Both the position numbers and the translations under genes were made by a program. A stretch of 64,000 nucleotides of DNA, taken from NCBI RefSeq assembly GCF_006345805.1, contig NC_043002.1, positions 26,660,001 through 26,724,000 on the forward strand, in the 5' to 3' direction. The number at the start of each line of letters is the position of its first letter. Positions within the stretch are counted from its first letter, which is position 1. Shown piece after piece: positions 28,391 through 41,185 of this stretch. Under the pieces are notes generated by a model. The model worked only from the letters and a program-made list of their open reading frames with translations, made no database searches and was not told the DNA's origin. The stretch is from Octopus sinensis (taxonomy: Eukaryota).

Positions 28391-30285
28391 AAGCATTCAT
28401 GTTAACTTAGGTGTACTTATCCACATTTCTAATGCACCTGCTGAAACCTATATAAGGCTTGTCATCGGCTGGGGCATTTTAGTTGTCCCTCTTCGTTGCT
28501 TATTATTCATATAATAATGTGTTACGATAACGCTTGTACAAAGTGATCATATGATATACATATTGAAAAGGGTGATAAACTTTGAATCATTTCCTTGTCT
28601 TATTTTCAGTTTAGCTGTTGTTATGGTGAAGTAAGTCGCTTGATTAACTTCGAATAAGATGCTGAACACCGGGCAATCATTCATAATTTAGAATAGTACC
28701 ACTAAATACCAGCAATGCAGTTGTTGGAAATAAGATTGTTTTCTTTCGTCAGAACAACTATTGCAGCATCTTGAAGTAATATCTTCAAACATATTTAGTG
28801 GAATTTACTAGACTGCAGAATTCGACATAAGTGTATCTATTATATATATTCATGACATATGGGCAGAAGAATGAAGTTTTTGTCCGTTATCAGTTTCATG
28901 CTGTCACAAACAACGGCCAGAAACTTCAATCTGCTCCTGCAGTCTTTCAGTATGAGAGACAGTCACCTTCAGCCATTTGAGTCTGTTTCACAAATGCCGT
29001 TAGACATCGTTCAATGCTACTTTTGCCTTCTGTGTAACTAGCATTACTGTTGAGAAAGAAAACAGGGAACATGAAGAATCTGGACATAATAAACATGGTG
29101 GAGTGATTTTCTCTTCTAGGCTTCAGATGAATTGTGATATGAAGCAATAAATTTGATTGCAGTTCATGTACACCTAAGTCACAACTTCATTTTCTCCTTT
29201 CATTATGCATATGTGACACCTGACCAGTTGAAATATTTAGCATTTACCAATAAAATCCTTTACCTTCTTCAGGTTTACGTGGGAAAACTGAGATTTGACG
29301 TCACACATTGAATTTGGTTTCCAAGAATCTCCTCTTGAAATACTTTCCAGTTGGAGAGGTATATAAGAAATGAGAAATTCTGCGTGACCGAAAGGGCATG
29401 TGTACCAATGAATTTCATGTTCGCTCGTGCGTTAACGAAGGCTAGTAGGAAAACTAGAGCAATAATTGATAAGAAAAGAAAATAACGAATAAAATGGACT
29501 TTTTCAGTATCTCAAATTCTCAGTCTCTTACAAAGTTTTTCATAGCACAAAATACATGGATATAAGTACATGCACAAATCATAATCATAATATATACACA
29601 CATATATAATACACACACACACACATACATACATTTATACATACTCACCCACATACACATATACATATATACTTATACATATATATACATATATACATAT
29701 ACATACATATATATATATACATACATACATACATATATATATACATTCACACACGCACATACACTCACATATATACACACTCACACATACAAGTATGTAT
29801 GTATATACTATTTCCAAGTGTTCCAATATAAATTACAAATATTCGATATTTTCGAGAGGGCTAATCCAAGTGGTCTACTTCACATTTGCTAGAGAGAGCG
29901 TGATTCTCTGATCCGTGTGAGCGGGCGCGGTTCTGGCTGTTGTATCATGTGGGAAAGTATGTATATTTGTTCATGAACGCGCTGATGTATATGTATGTGG
30001 TTTTTGTATTCTCGCCTTGTATGCAATCTCCCTCGATCGCCCTAATTTTACTTAGCTTAGGCGTTTAAAAAGAGGTGTGTGTGTGTGTGCGTACTATACT
30101 TATACTCGTCTTTAAAATCAGGAATATATGTAATTTTGTGTGTGTATGTGTGTGTATACATATATATAACAAACAAGCACACACAAAATTACTATATAAT
30201 ATATATATATACATATAAACACACCCACACAAAATTACTATATATGTATATATACTGTGTATCTGTATATATATGTATGTAAATA

Positions 30286-30365
<80 letters not shown>

Positions 30366-30444
30366 GGTCCCGGGTTTAGTCGGGGTTAACCACAGTAAAT
30401 AAGGTACTCAATACATAGCAGAGTAAATTAATTTATTATATAGA

Positions 30445-30502
30445 AGGAGCTTCTACAGGACTAGAACTGTTTCATTCAAAAGAAATCATCAGGAAGCATC
30501 CT
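30445..30502 (-). ncRNA. Mirror-image type I hammerhead fold on the minus strand
   Basis: Same core (30492-30486); stem I AGGA(T)GCTTC/GAAGCTCCT with one bulge; predicted cleavage after 30454. Confidence 0.7.
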
Positions 30503-30555
30503 GAGCTTCCTGATGATTTCTTTTGAATGAAACAGTTCTAGTCCTGTAGAAGCTC
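30503..30555 (+). ncRNA. Type I hammerhead ribozyme fold
   Basis: Stem I GAGCTTC/GAAGCTC; core CTGATGA 30510-30516; stem II TTC-TTTT-GAA; GAAA; stem III ACAG/CTGT; predicted cleavage after GTA at 30548. Confidence 0.75.
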
Positions 30556-30640
30556 CTTCTATATAATAAATATATATATATATATATATTATATATTATA
30601 TATATATATATATATAATATTATATATATATATATATATA

Positions 30641-30812
30641 TTTCTTTACTACCCACAAGGGGCTAAACAAGGACAGACAAACGGATAAAGTCGATTACAT
30701 CGACCCCAGTGCGTAACTGGTACTTAATTTATCGACCCCGAAAGGATGAAAGGCAAAGTCGACCTCGGCGGAATTTGAATTCAGAACGTAGCGGCAGACG
30801 AAATAAAAACAC
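30641..30812 (-). mobile_element. SINE family A (head truncated)
   Basis: atcgaccccgaaaggatgaaaggcaaagtcgacctcggcggaatttgaattcagaacg. Confidence 0.85.
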
Positions 30813-31036
30813 ACACACATACGCACATACACACATATATATATAATTTCATGCGTGCCTGTGCGATGACGTTGTAGATGTGCTACCAGAAATTCTATTG
30901 ATGTCTGACATTTAATCTTCACTTATCGAATTTTACTTCAATTCCTATCTCATACTTTGCCTGTCTGTTCTCTTTTAGATTCCTCGTATCTCCATATATG
31001 TGTTTTGTATATACATGCATCCTCATACACATGCAC

Positions 31037-31070
<34 letters not shown>

Positions 31071-31073
<3 letters not shown>

Positions 31074-31270
31074 TCTTTAGTACCCACAAGGGGCTAAACA
31101 TAGCGGGGACAAATATTGACAGACAAACGGATTAAGTCGATTACATCGACTTCAGTGCGTACCTGGTACTTATTTAATCGACCCCGAAAGGATGAAGGGC
31201 AAAGTTGACCTCGGCGGAATTTGAACTCAGAACGTAACGACGTGCTAACGATTCTGCCAGCTTGCCGCCT
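31071..31270 (-). mobile_element. SINE family A
   Basis: Head ggcggcaagctggcagaatcgttagcacg, B box and core; part of the head region is deleted. Confidence 0.85.
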
Positions 31271-31400
<130 letters not shown>

Positions 31401-31844
31401 TATATATATACGTACATACGTACATACATACATTCATATATGTATGTATATATGCATGTATAGTGGTGTGTATCTGCCTTGTGTGCGTGTGTGAGCGTGT
31501 CTACGTATGCACGCCTATGTGTCCTCGTATGCAAAACATCATTTTTGCTCATTCTTATGTAAATCTGTATATATGAATAGAGTCTTACTTAATTCAATGT
31601 TCTCTCTTTACTTTAGATTCTGATATTTTATTGTATTTCAACAATATGTTTTACGGGGACTTCAAAGTGTGTGTGTATTACAAGTAAGTAAACCAAAAGA
31701 TCGAATTCGCTGTTAGCCTGTAAAAATATTCATATATTTTTTAATATTTTATAATTAGTTAAATGTTATATATATACATATATATACCTCCTCGCGTTAT
31801 TGTGTTTTTATGCTTTCTTGTTTGGATTAACTTTATATATATAT

Positions 31845-31891
<47 letters not shown>

Positions 31892-32497
31892 ACACGCACA
31901 CAGAGGAGACGGAGAAATAGAATGAGGGAGATGAGAGAGAGAGAGTTCTGTCTTTTTGTTGAGGTATTACATATACAATACACACACATATACACGTGCA
32001 TATAAACCTTTTATATACACACATACACACACACATATAGACAGACTACTCAACTAAAAAGCCTTAAAGCAGATGCACTAGAAATGTCGAAGTCTACTTA
32101 TTGAAACGAATAAAAGAGTAACAGACCATAAAATAACTAAGATCGTGGTATTTTCTCACTACTATAACTATGAGAATGTGACAGTCGCATAATTCAGTTC
32201 CTTGGCATTCGACACTCTATGCACAGACGACATTTTAGATTGAGATATAAAGCTTTTAACTAAAACGAAACTCGCTGCATTTCTTATAACTTTACCATTA
32301 ATCAAACTAGTATTAAAATCAATAGTGTCATAAAATAGTAAAATAGTTATTCTATTCATCTTAATGTAGATGATGTCATCTTCAACTGTTATGTTTTCTT
32401 GTCATATATAATACTGTATATATCTTTATACTCGTGTTCTTTTCTTAATCACATTTATTATCAATATTTAAAATTTAGGGAATGTATATATATATCT

Positions 32498-32836
32498 AAT
32501 TACCTCCGTCTTAGCGAAGGTATTGTTTTCAGTCGTGTTTGTTTGACAAGATGTCTCAGGAACCGCTGGGTGGATTCGGATGACACTTTGAGAGATGCTT
32601 GGCCTCGTGACTGGCACGAACTGATTAGATTTCGGAATTGCTCCGGTGCCGGACAAGGAATCTGGATTATTTTTCCGTTTTTTAACTTAATTTTTGAGAG
32701 CGGTCGGGTTCATTTTTAGTATTCTCGTTTGTGATAGCAGTTGAGTTAATATCGGATAATCGCATTTTAAAAATCATCTCTGGCTAACCGTTGAAAGGAC
32801 GTTGGTGGAGGTTTGCGCTCTCTGGGTGCTATTGTT
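32498..32836 (+). mobile_element. Non-autonomous Helentron-associated element (HINE/DINE-like)
   Basis: Subterminal inverted repeats tacctccg / tggaggt, 3' stem-loop gcgctctctgggtgc, T-rich end. Confidence 0.7.
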
Positions 32837-33343
32837 ATTATTTAAACTTATATAAACTTACATAATTATTAATTAAAAGAAAATGGAATTTTTAAAATCG
32901 TTTAATCATGAGACAAGGCAGTGCCTCCGACACTCATTGGAGGAGGAAAGGAAGGTTTCTTTAACACGAAGGCCAAAGTTGGATACTTGTAACTGTGTGA
33001 CTTCGTTAAAGTCACACAATGTTGCAGGTAGTGATGTTTTTAACATACTAGACGGGTAAAGGCAACTATTTAGGCATTACGGGGATTTGAATTCAAGCAC
33101 AAATAGCAGAATGCATCCAATCTGACGTTAATACAATTTTGCCAATCCAAAAACCAGGATTGGCATATTTTTTATCGAACCTGCAAGATGAAAATCAAGT
33201 TAGGGCTTGGTGGGATTCGATCTAGGGGGTCAGAGATTCGGAAGAAACGTTTATGTTATTTCACATCAAACGACTATGCTAATTTGCTGATTAAGAAATT
33301 CACTTCGAAAACTAAAGTATTCATGAGGCCGATTGTTCTACCC

Positions 33344-35155
33344 CAGGGATGCCCACCCAACCAGCGACCCGCTTAATATTTTCATGCTGTCCGCTGTGTA
33401 ATTTCCTTGTTACATTTTCATTTACTTTGATAATGTATGATAATAAAAATTATTCTCAGAGTGTGCTATTTTGAAGGGACCAATGAAAACCTCAAAATGA
33501 GGGAGGCCATGGAGTTTAGGACGTAGAATGTATGACTCTACGATGTAGATTCAGCCATTCTGTTGGTGCATGATTAACAGCCATTGTTTCAGTTTCAAAT
33601 CTTTTGCGGTCGGATCAATATTGATTGAGTTATTTCCTAACATTGTTTACAATGCCAAATGATAGGGACTTTACTGTTACTTCAGTTTTGGCTACACCTA
33701 ATGCTAATGCTTTATGCGAAAGAGCCTATTTATTCTTTATTCGTTTCTGATTTCTGGAATATTATCAGCATGATCCCGTAATGATTTTAATTGTTAATTT
33801 TAATAGCCCATTATTTGGTCATGGCATCTGAAGAGAAAAATAACAGAAGAAAAGAGAAAATGCAAAATCCTATGGGCAGAAAACTGTTTCGTAATTGAAA
33901 CATATAATAATATTATCTGCCTCATATGTAATGATAAGATTGCTGTATGCAAGGAATATAATATTAAGCGTCATTATGCTGACAAACATGAATCGCAATA
34001 TAATGAATTAAACGGAGAAAGAAGGAAAATGAAAATACATCAATTGAAGAAGTAGAAGCTTTGTTCACAACAAAACAATTTCAAAAAACATGTTGGGAAA
34101 AATGGTACAAGTACAAATGTTAGTTATTTAATAGCTGAAAAATTGGCTCAGATGGGTAAGCTAATGATAGATGGCGAATTCATAAAAGAATGTATTGTAA
34201 TTGCTTTTAATGAATATTGTCCCGGGAAGGTGAACTTATTCAAAGAAACAAGTCTATGTTATTTTCTAGTTATATTTTCATTTACATTGATAATGTATGA
34301 TAATAAAATTATTCTCAGAGTGTGCTATTTTGAATGGACCAATGAAAACCTCAACAGAATTGATGACTTCGCTGACAGTATTGTGGGGACATTGTAGACT
34401 CATTTATCTAAATGTGTTCATTACAGTTTAGCATTGGTGGAAAGTACTGATCAAAGTGGCACTGCACACTTGGTTATTTTCATCAGAGGAATTGACTTCA
34501 ATGTTAATATCATTGAAGAAATATTGGACGTGTGTCGTATGAAGTGTATAACAACTGGCAGGGACATAATTGAGTATGTTAATTTAGCATTAGAAAAGTT
34601 CAATGCTGATAGATATAAAATGAATTCGATTACAACTGATGGAGCTCCTGCATTAACTGGTAAGAATAATGGGTTAATTACTTAATTGAAAGAAATGGTT
34701 GATCATGATATACTTCGCTTTCATTGCTTGATTCATCATCAGCAATTATGTGCTCAAAAATTGAATATGAAACAGTTGATGACATATTGTGAGCGCTGTT
34801 AATTTGATCAGATCTCGGGGTTTGAACCATCGTACATTCAAAGCATACATCGTAGACGCTGATAGTGAGTATAAAGACATTATTTATTTCTCAAAACTGA
34901 GATGGCTCAGTCAAGCAGCAACTTTGAATAGATCTTAATTATTGTTGTCTGAAATAACACAGTTAATGCAAAGCAAAAAGGACTTTTCCTAATACATTTG
35001 AAAGATGGAGAAATTGTACATTTTCATAATTTATCAAAAAGACAAGAAGAATACATTACATTATGTGATGCTTTGTTAGATTTTACAACCATATTTTCTA
35101 ACTTCAGAAAAACAGAAATTGAACTAAAATTGTTGAGTGATCCATTTTCATATAT
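33344..35155 (+). mobile_element. Degenerate hAT transposon (Charlie/SPIN, GTF2IRD2-like transposase), 3' truncated
   Basis: Left end cagggatgccca; CLICNDKIAVCKEYNIKRHY (BED-like), DGEFIKEC, STDQSGTAHLVIFIRG, ITTDGAPA, HCLIHHQQLCA, RWLS. Confidence 0.85.
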
Positions 35156-35440
35156 TTATGCGCCCTCTTCTATTTCTTCTCTCCGACTCACAGGTATACA
35201 CTTAGAGTGGTACCATCCACTGTTGCCATTTTCGCAACTTTACGCAACTGAAGGGTGGGTACCATTCAGTAAACTCACTTGAGGGCTGCACTTCCCTCTC
35301 CACACTCAATTTCTTTTTCAAGTGGAACTTGTAAAAATCAATGAGAGCTCTACCAAAGAGGAATGTATCTGTGCTCATGCCTTTCAGCCTTGTCAACCAA
35401 ACAACCAAACAACCACCAGGCAAAGGAAAACTGCTTTAAT
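35156..35440 (+). mobile_element. Probable 3' end/UTR of another retroelement ending in (AAT)n
   Basis: Abrupt junction with the hAT; ends accaccaggcaaaggaaaactgcttt followed by an AAT tract. Family not determined. Confidence 0.4.
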
Positions 35441-35605
35441 GATAATAATAATAATGATAATAATAATAATAATAATAACAATAATAATAATAATATAATA
35501 ATAATAATAATAATAATAACAATAATAATAACAAGAAGAAGAAGAAGAAGAAGAAGAAAAGAAGAAGAGGAGGAGGAAGCAAAAGAAGAAGAAGGAAGAG
35601 CGCTA
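35440..35605. repeat. (AAT)n then (GAA/GAG)n microsatellite
   Basis: Direct reading. Confidence 0.95.
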
Positions 35606-35759
35606 GCCTTGATGTGTTCTTCTCTACTTTGTTCAGTGAGCAGCTGAAGCCACAGGAGTACTAATACAACCCAGCAACTGAAACTCTCAAAAGCTGGAAC
35701 AATTTCTTACGACTATTTTGAATTTCCCTCAAGGTAAGTTCAAAAACGTGCATATCAAA

Positions 35760-36195
35760 AGTTTTCTCTGGACGAACACACAAACGATCATGTTTAAAGT
35801 CTTTAAAACTTTAATATCTACAATTTCTGTGAATATCTATCCCTTCTGTCTGAGTATTCGAAAATGTAAACATCCTTTTATTGCAAGAACACTTGTTTTC
35901 TCTGTTTGGACATACAAACGGTCATCTTTAGAAAATTAAAAAACTTTAATATCTTCAATTTTCTATGAAAAGTTTACCCTTCTTTACTTTCCATTCCTTT
36001 CTGCCTGAGTATACGAAAATGTAAACATCCTATTTATTGCAAGAACACTGCATTTGTCTCTATCCGGATATACAAACGATCATCTTTAGAAATTTTTTTT
36101 TAAATCATTAATATCTACAATTTTCTGTGAAAATTTTACTCTTCTTTCATCACTGACATTTGGAATATGTAAACATACCTGTTATTGCAACAACA
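35760..36195. repeat. Diverged tandem repeat, about 3 units of 133-158 bp
   Basis: Recurrent acaaacgatcat.tt.a.a...ttaatatctacaattt and aaaatgtaaacatcct.ttattgcaagaacac. Confidence 0.8.
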
Positions 36196-36939
36196 CAATT
36201 AAAGGCACGATAAAAATTAAGGAGATAAGCATCTGCTAATATATAAAAACAGCACAATTACGAAAGCCCTAAACCACAGTAGGACCTCTAAAAAGAAAAG
36301 AAACTAAAAAAATTAAAAAATTAAAAAATTCAATCAGTATATATACATTTTTTCTATGAGTAATTAAAAACAGAACAAAGTGAATTGGTTCTTCCAAGGC
36401 AAAGGTCAGCGCTCTTATTGATCGCTAGTAGTAGTAAACATATTCGACCTCTGGTGACCGCTTCTTTTGTCTCCTAATCGCACAGGAATGCGAAGACCCT
36501 TTGTTGATCTCCTTCTCACCATCTACCGAACCTGTTTAAAAGACCAGTGGAGTTTGGCCTATTCACCAAGCTGCTTAACTTTCCTCCTACTATCCCCCAA
36601 ACACTCACATATTTATGATTATCTCAAGTTCAAGACAAAAGTCGAAACTAAACAACATTTAATAATACCACATAGTAGCCTGAGCAAAGAGGGCAGACTT
36701 AACTACATAATGCTTACACTGTCGCCATGGCGACAAGGGGTGGCCACAACGGTCGAGTTCAAAGCACTATTGGCGGTAACTGACGATGAGCGATGCCGTA
36801 ATGGCGAGATTAAAGTAACTGTAAAAGTATTAATGGCGGAGTTGACAATAGTGGCAGTGACAACAACCGCCCCTACATCTGTCTTAGAGAGCTCAATATT
36901 TATAATTTTAATATAGCACAAATGTCTTACGAAACAAAA

Positions 36940-37570
36940 AGGAACACTTCAACAGTACATCAAATCGCTTGTCCTATGTTTAATCTGGAAGGGTGCCCCT
37001 CAGGAGAGAGCCTGCCTGGGTTCGAAAAAAGTTATCCACCGGCACAAACTCTTCTCTAAATACGAGCCCAGATGGTCATTTGAATGGGAACTGCCCCAAA
37101 TCGAACCCTCTATGTCCACCACACCGACCGCTAAAGGAAAAATATAAGACGGTCAAATGGACCCGAAAAAAGTATAAAGAAGTAATATACGCCAATTACT
37201 ATGCAGAATATATTTGGATGAAAACTAGCCAGAAATAAATGTCTCACGGATTGTGAAATAACGAAGATCAAGCACGCAGCGAAAATGACCTAAATATAAG
37301 GCAGAAAGAAAATTGAGAACCAGACGAAGAGAGCAACTCTCCACTAGTCTCATTTGAAAAACTGCCATCTGACCTGAACACTCAAACGTCTGAATAATTA
37401 AATTGTAATGAACCTGATAAAGATAGCGAGGAAAATGGTAAAGAAAAACTATTTGAAGACTACGCATTTACTGACGACCATAGAGAATTTATGAAAATCC
37501 AGAATAAGCTTGCAGTCGTAAGACACGCAAATGTGCATAATAGAGAACAACTTCATAAACTCTCGAATAC
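36940..37570 (+). pseudogene. N-terminal fragment of an R4/NeSL-like LINE ORF
   Basis: GESLPGF...; VKWTRKKYKEVIYANYYA resembles the KWTxEExxEVxxAYY motif at the N-terminus of RLE elements. Confidence 0.5.
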
Positions 37571-39455
37571 AATAAAACAGTAGAAATATATATATATATA
37601 TATATATATATATGGGATGCGGTGAATATATTGTCGTCTAAACTAAACTAACGAAAAATGAAGATAATATTGGTATCTCACTTTCGCAGATATATTTTGC
37701 CTGTTTAGTCTTTAATATATTTTCTATCGGTCAAACTGGCACAATATTTAGAGAGAATTTGTCTTTGTATGACTATATTTTATCGCAGAATGCTCTGTGA
37801 AGAAAGCTGAAATGAGATTGGTATATAGTAATGTGTATAATCGAAGACATTTTCATGGAAAGTGCTCTAGAAATTCATGAAATATTGCTGTAATTTGAAA
37901 GAGTTATATTATAACCTATAATCAATAATTGTTCAACGTACGGTTTTAGACAAAAAATTCTTGAAAAGCAAATTCAAAATCTGAAGATTTATTTTTTTGG
38001 ACCTATGGCACAATTCCATGAAAAAAATATTATAAATAGCAAAGAAAATTGGGAATATCTCGATAAGAAAGATGTGCTAGAATTTCACAGAGATTGATGT
38101 TGAGGCTTATTTGTCTTTATGTTCGTATGATTTCTTATGTTGATCACTGAAATTGAAGTAATCATATACATTTATTAATTCCACGTCCAACTATATGTAT
38201 TTATATATCAAAGGTAAGGTTTTTTGTTAATACTGTTAGAAGTTTCTGTTGTAATAACCCTCTGAACGTTAACCTTAGAGATACGACAAGTTTTAATATT
38301 TACATCTATATAACGCTCCGATCATTTATTGTCGAATGTTTTTAAGTGACTTATATATGGAAATATACATAGAATCGCTTTCTAACTAGGAACGTTTATT
38401 GGTGCTCTAATGATATGCACCTTTTATACACTATTCCAGTGGTTCATATAAATTTGATGCTATATTTTAGATTACTTACATTTATTGTTTACTAAACCAC
38501 TCTTTTAACTGATGCGTACACTTCCGTTACTGGTTGAATTTTCAGTCGTTCTTAGGTTTAACTTTGGTATTTGCAAAGGGACTTACTATCGTTGACTACA
38601 AGAATGGCAGAATATAATAAATGCATTTATAGCACTCATGCATAATGGAAGGACCATCATGCATGAAGAAAAATAGAGAGCTCCATAAATTTCGGAATAA
38701 AATAATTTCGAAAATTCTGAATGTGACTATGATCACTGTATATGCTGCAATAAATATAACATATAGCACAGTGGATCGAAATACTTATAATTGATATGGA
38801 AGCAGAGTAAAAACTAGAAACATCAAAGTAGCTGCAGAGGTAGCACTTACTGAAAATCTACAGAGTGCGACAGCTTACAATGACGGCCTTTAGTGATCAC
38901 AGATTGAAATAACCCAAAACTGTAAACATGGCCTACTCTTAAAAGAGTCTTATTAATTATCTTTCTAAATAAATTTTCCTAGAATGAATCAAATTCAGTA
39001 CTATGGATATATCTAAGAATTAAGTATTTGGTGACGAACGAAATGCAAATATTATTTTTTGAAATTATAAATGTACTTTCAGTTTCCTTCTTCACTATTT
39101 CAAACGTCTTCCACCAATGCCATTAAATGAAGTTGGATAGCCTCCGCTCAAAGCATATGTTGCTTCATACGTTCTAACCATCACTGTGAAACAAACAGAA
39201 AATAATCGGTGGTTTTTAGTTATCATCATTTGATGATTGATAAAATGTATTTACCAAAGATCAAATTAAATATTATATAGTCGGCGCTTCAGCATACACG
39301 CAGTGAAAATAAAGTCGATACGGTTTGCTAAAACTCTCTTCTGGAACGCACCTATCTAACAGCATAAGCCTATCTCTTTTCTATTGCACTGAAGATAACT
39401 TTTCGCTGTTATTGTGTTTCTTCTCGCGTATAGAATATTTTATAGAAGTATGTCT

Positions 39456-39491
<36 letters not shown>

Positions 39492-40937
39492 GAACATCGT
39501 AACTCAAAGATTTCGTTAATTAAGCTGATCAAACTAGTATAAAAGACTGTTCGTTTTCATGGGAAAGAAGGTATGTTGTGATTGGAGATAGATTTGGCTG
39601 TTATATTTTGTAGGTCGAGTAGCTACGGACAGTTTAACGGGCTGGGTCATATCAATTCAATTAATTAGATAAAAAAGGATGATGATATACGGTTAGTATT
39701 TCTGAGTGAGTCGACAAAATCGTAAGAACATCGAAGTCAACTGAAGGTATTTATTTGTGCTTCTTCAAATTCTGTTTTCAAATTTTCTCAAGGTCGATTT
39801 TTATCCCCCGAGACCGATAAGACAAAGTAACTGTCAAATAATGAGATTGATACAATCAAATAATCCTTTTCACAAAATTTGTGGTCGTAGTATGTCTTGT
39901 TAGAAATCAATAATTTTGCTTTGCATAGATAACTTATAACAAGAGATTTCTGTAAAGGTCAACACCATACTAAATATGCGTTTATCTAAGCTTTAAAGGT
40001 GTCATATATTCATTATTCCAGCAATTAATAATGTGTGACTTTTGAATGAATCGTTGCCAATTTTCCCTCTTGAATCGTAAATACGGATTCAAAATCGAGC
40101 ACATATTAATGCACTTTTTCTTATGAAGCCGACCTATTTCCAACAGAGCCATGAAACAAAGGCATTCCAACTTTGCCCTTCTTATCTCTTTAATCTGTCT
40201 GTGGAACACTTACCTAATATAACGCTTCTTTGTTAACAATTGTTTGTTTTGATACTATACTGTATTATACAATATTTCGGTAGACTTTTAGTCTACAGTA
40301 TCCATAGACAAACATAATCGAAGATCTTTATAAAGCTAATGTGGTTTACATCTGTCTATAAATACAATATTGGCCAAACATTTATATACTATGTACAACA
40401 ATATATTATTAAGTTATCCATCATTTTCTTAATATTTTAAAGAGGTTGTCGTGTAATTTAAAAGCGATTGAGGTACAACTTATAGTTGGTTGACATATCG
40501 CTTAAGTTCGTTAACGGGATTAATTACATCGTATGACTAGAACTGGGATTGTACTCGTTGTAGAGGTCCTATAAAACCATCCCTTATTGAACAAACCTAT
40601 GATGAAAAGCATGCGTGCCTTCCGAGTAGCCAATGTGTTTCTACGTTTTAAAACAGCAGAGTCTGATTTATTATACAATGTAAAAAGTATTTACTATACA
40701 TTGATTTATTATACATGGCAAACTTGTAATCACTTCACACCTAACATATAACTAGCAAGAGTAATTTACAAAACGAAAGTCGCAATTGGTAAATACGATA
40801 GAAAACAAGAAAATCAAAAGGAAGATAATGTTCATGCTAATGTGATAGTTAAATGTGGTTCGATTATATTACGTACGTGTTTCAGAGATTTACATTCAAA
40901 ATGAGATGAGCGAGGATGGAACTGAAACAAACGATTT

Positions 40938-41185
40938 CATCATCATCATCATCATCGTCGGTTAGCGTCCGTTTTCCATGCTAGCATCGGTTGGACGGTT
41001 CTACTGGGGTCTGTGAAGCCAGAAGGCTTTCATCAGGCCCAGTCAAATCTGGCAGTGTTTCTACGGCTGGATGCCCTTCCTAACGCCAACCACTCCGTGA
41101 GTGTAGTGGGTGCTTTTTACGTGCCACCCGCACAGGTGCCAGACAGAGCTGGCAAACGGCCACGAACGGATGGTGCTTTTTATGT
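40938..41185 (-). mobile_element. SINE/LINE 3' end with RTE-type tail (family D)
   Basis: Minus strand ggttggcgttaggaagggcatccagccgtagaaac...gcatggaaaacggacg ending in (GAT)n. Confidence 0.8.

Larger units (their letters stand above)
30363..30571. mobile_element. Fold-back mini-element in (TA)n: 67 bp perfect inverted repeat (30431-30497 / 30505-30571) plus a 68 bp one-sided extension
   Basis: Arms checked base by base; 7 nt loop atcctga; (TA)n on both sides. Confidence 0.9.

Noticed and set aside
32985-33029. 10 bp perfect hairpin tgtgtgactt/aagtcacaca
   Set aside because: Too short for a pre-miRNA and unremarkable in repeat-rich DNA.
36350-36700. Possible GIY-YIG remnant on the minus strand (IGQT...)
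   Set aside because: A single weak motif with stops; not enough to call.
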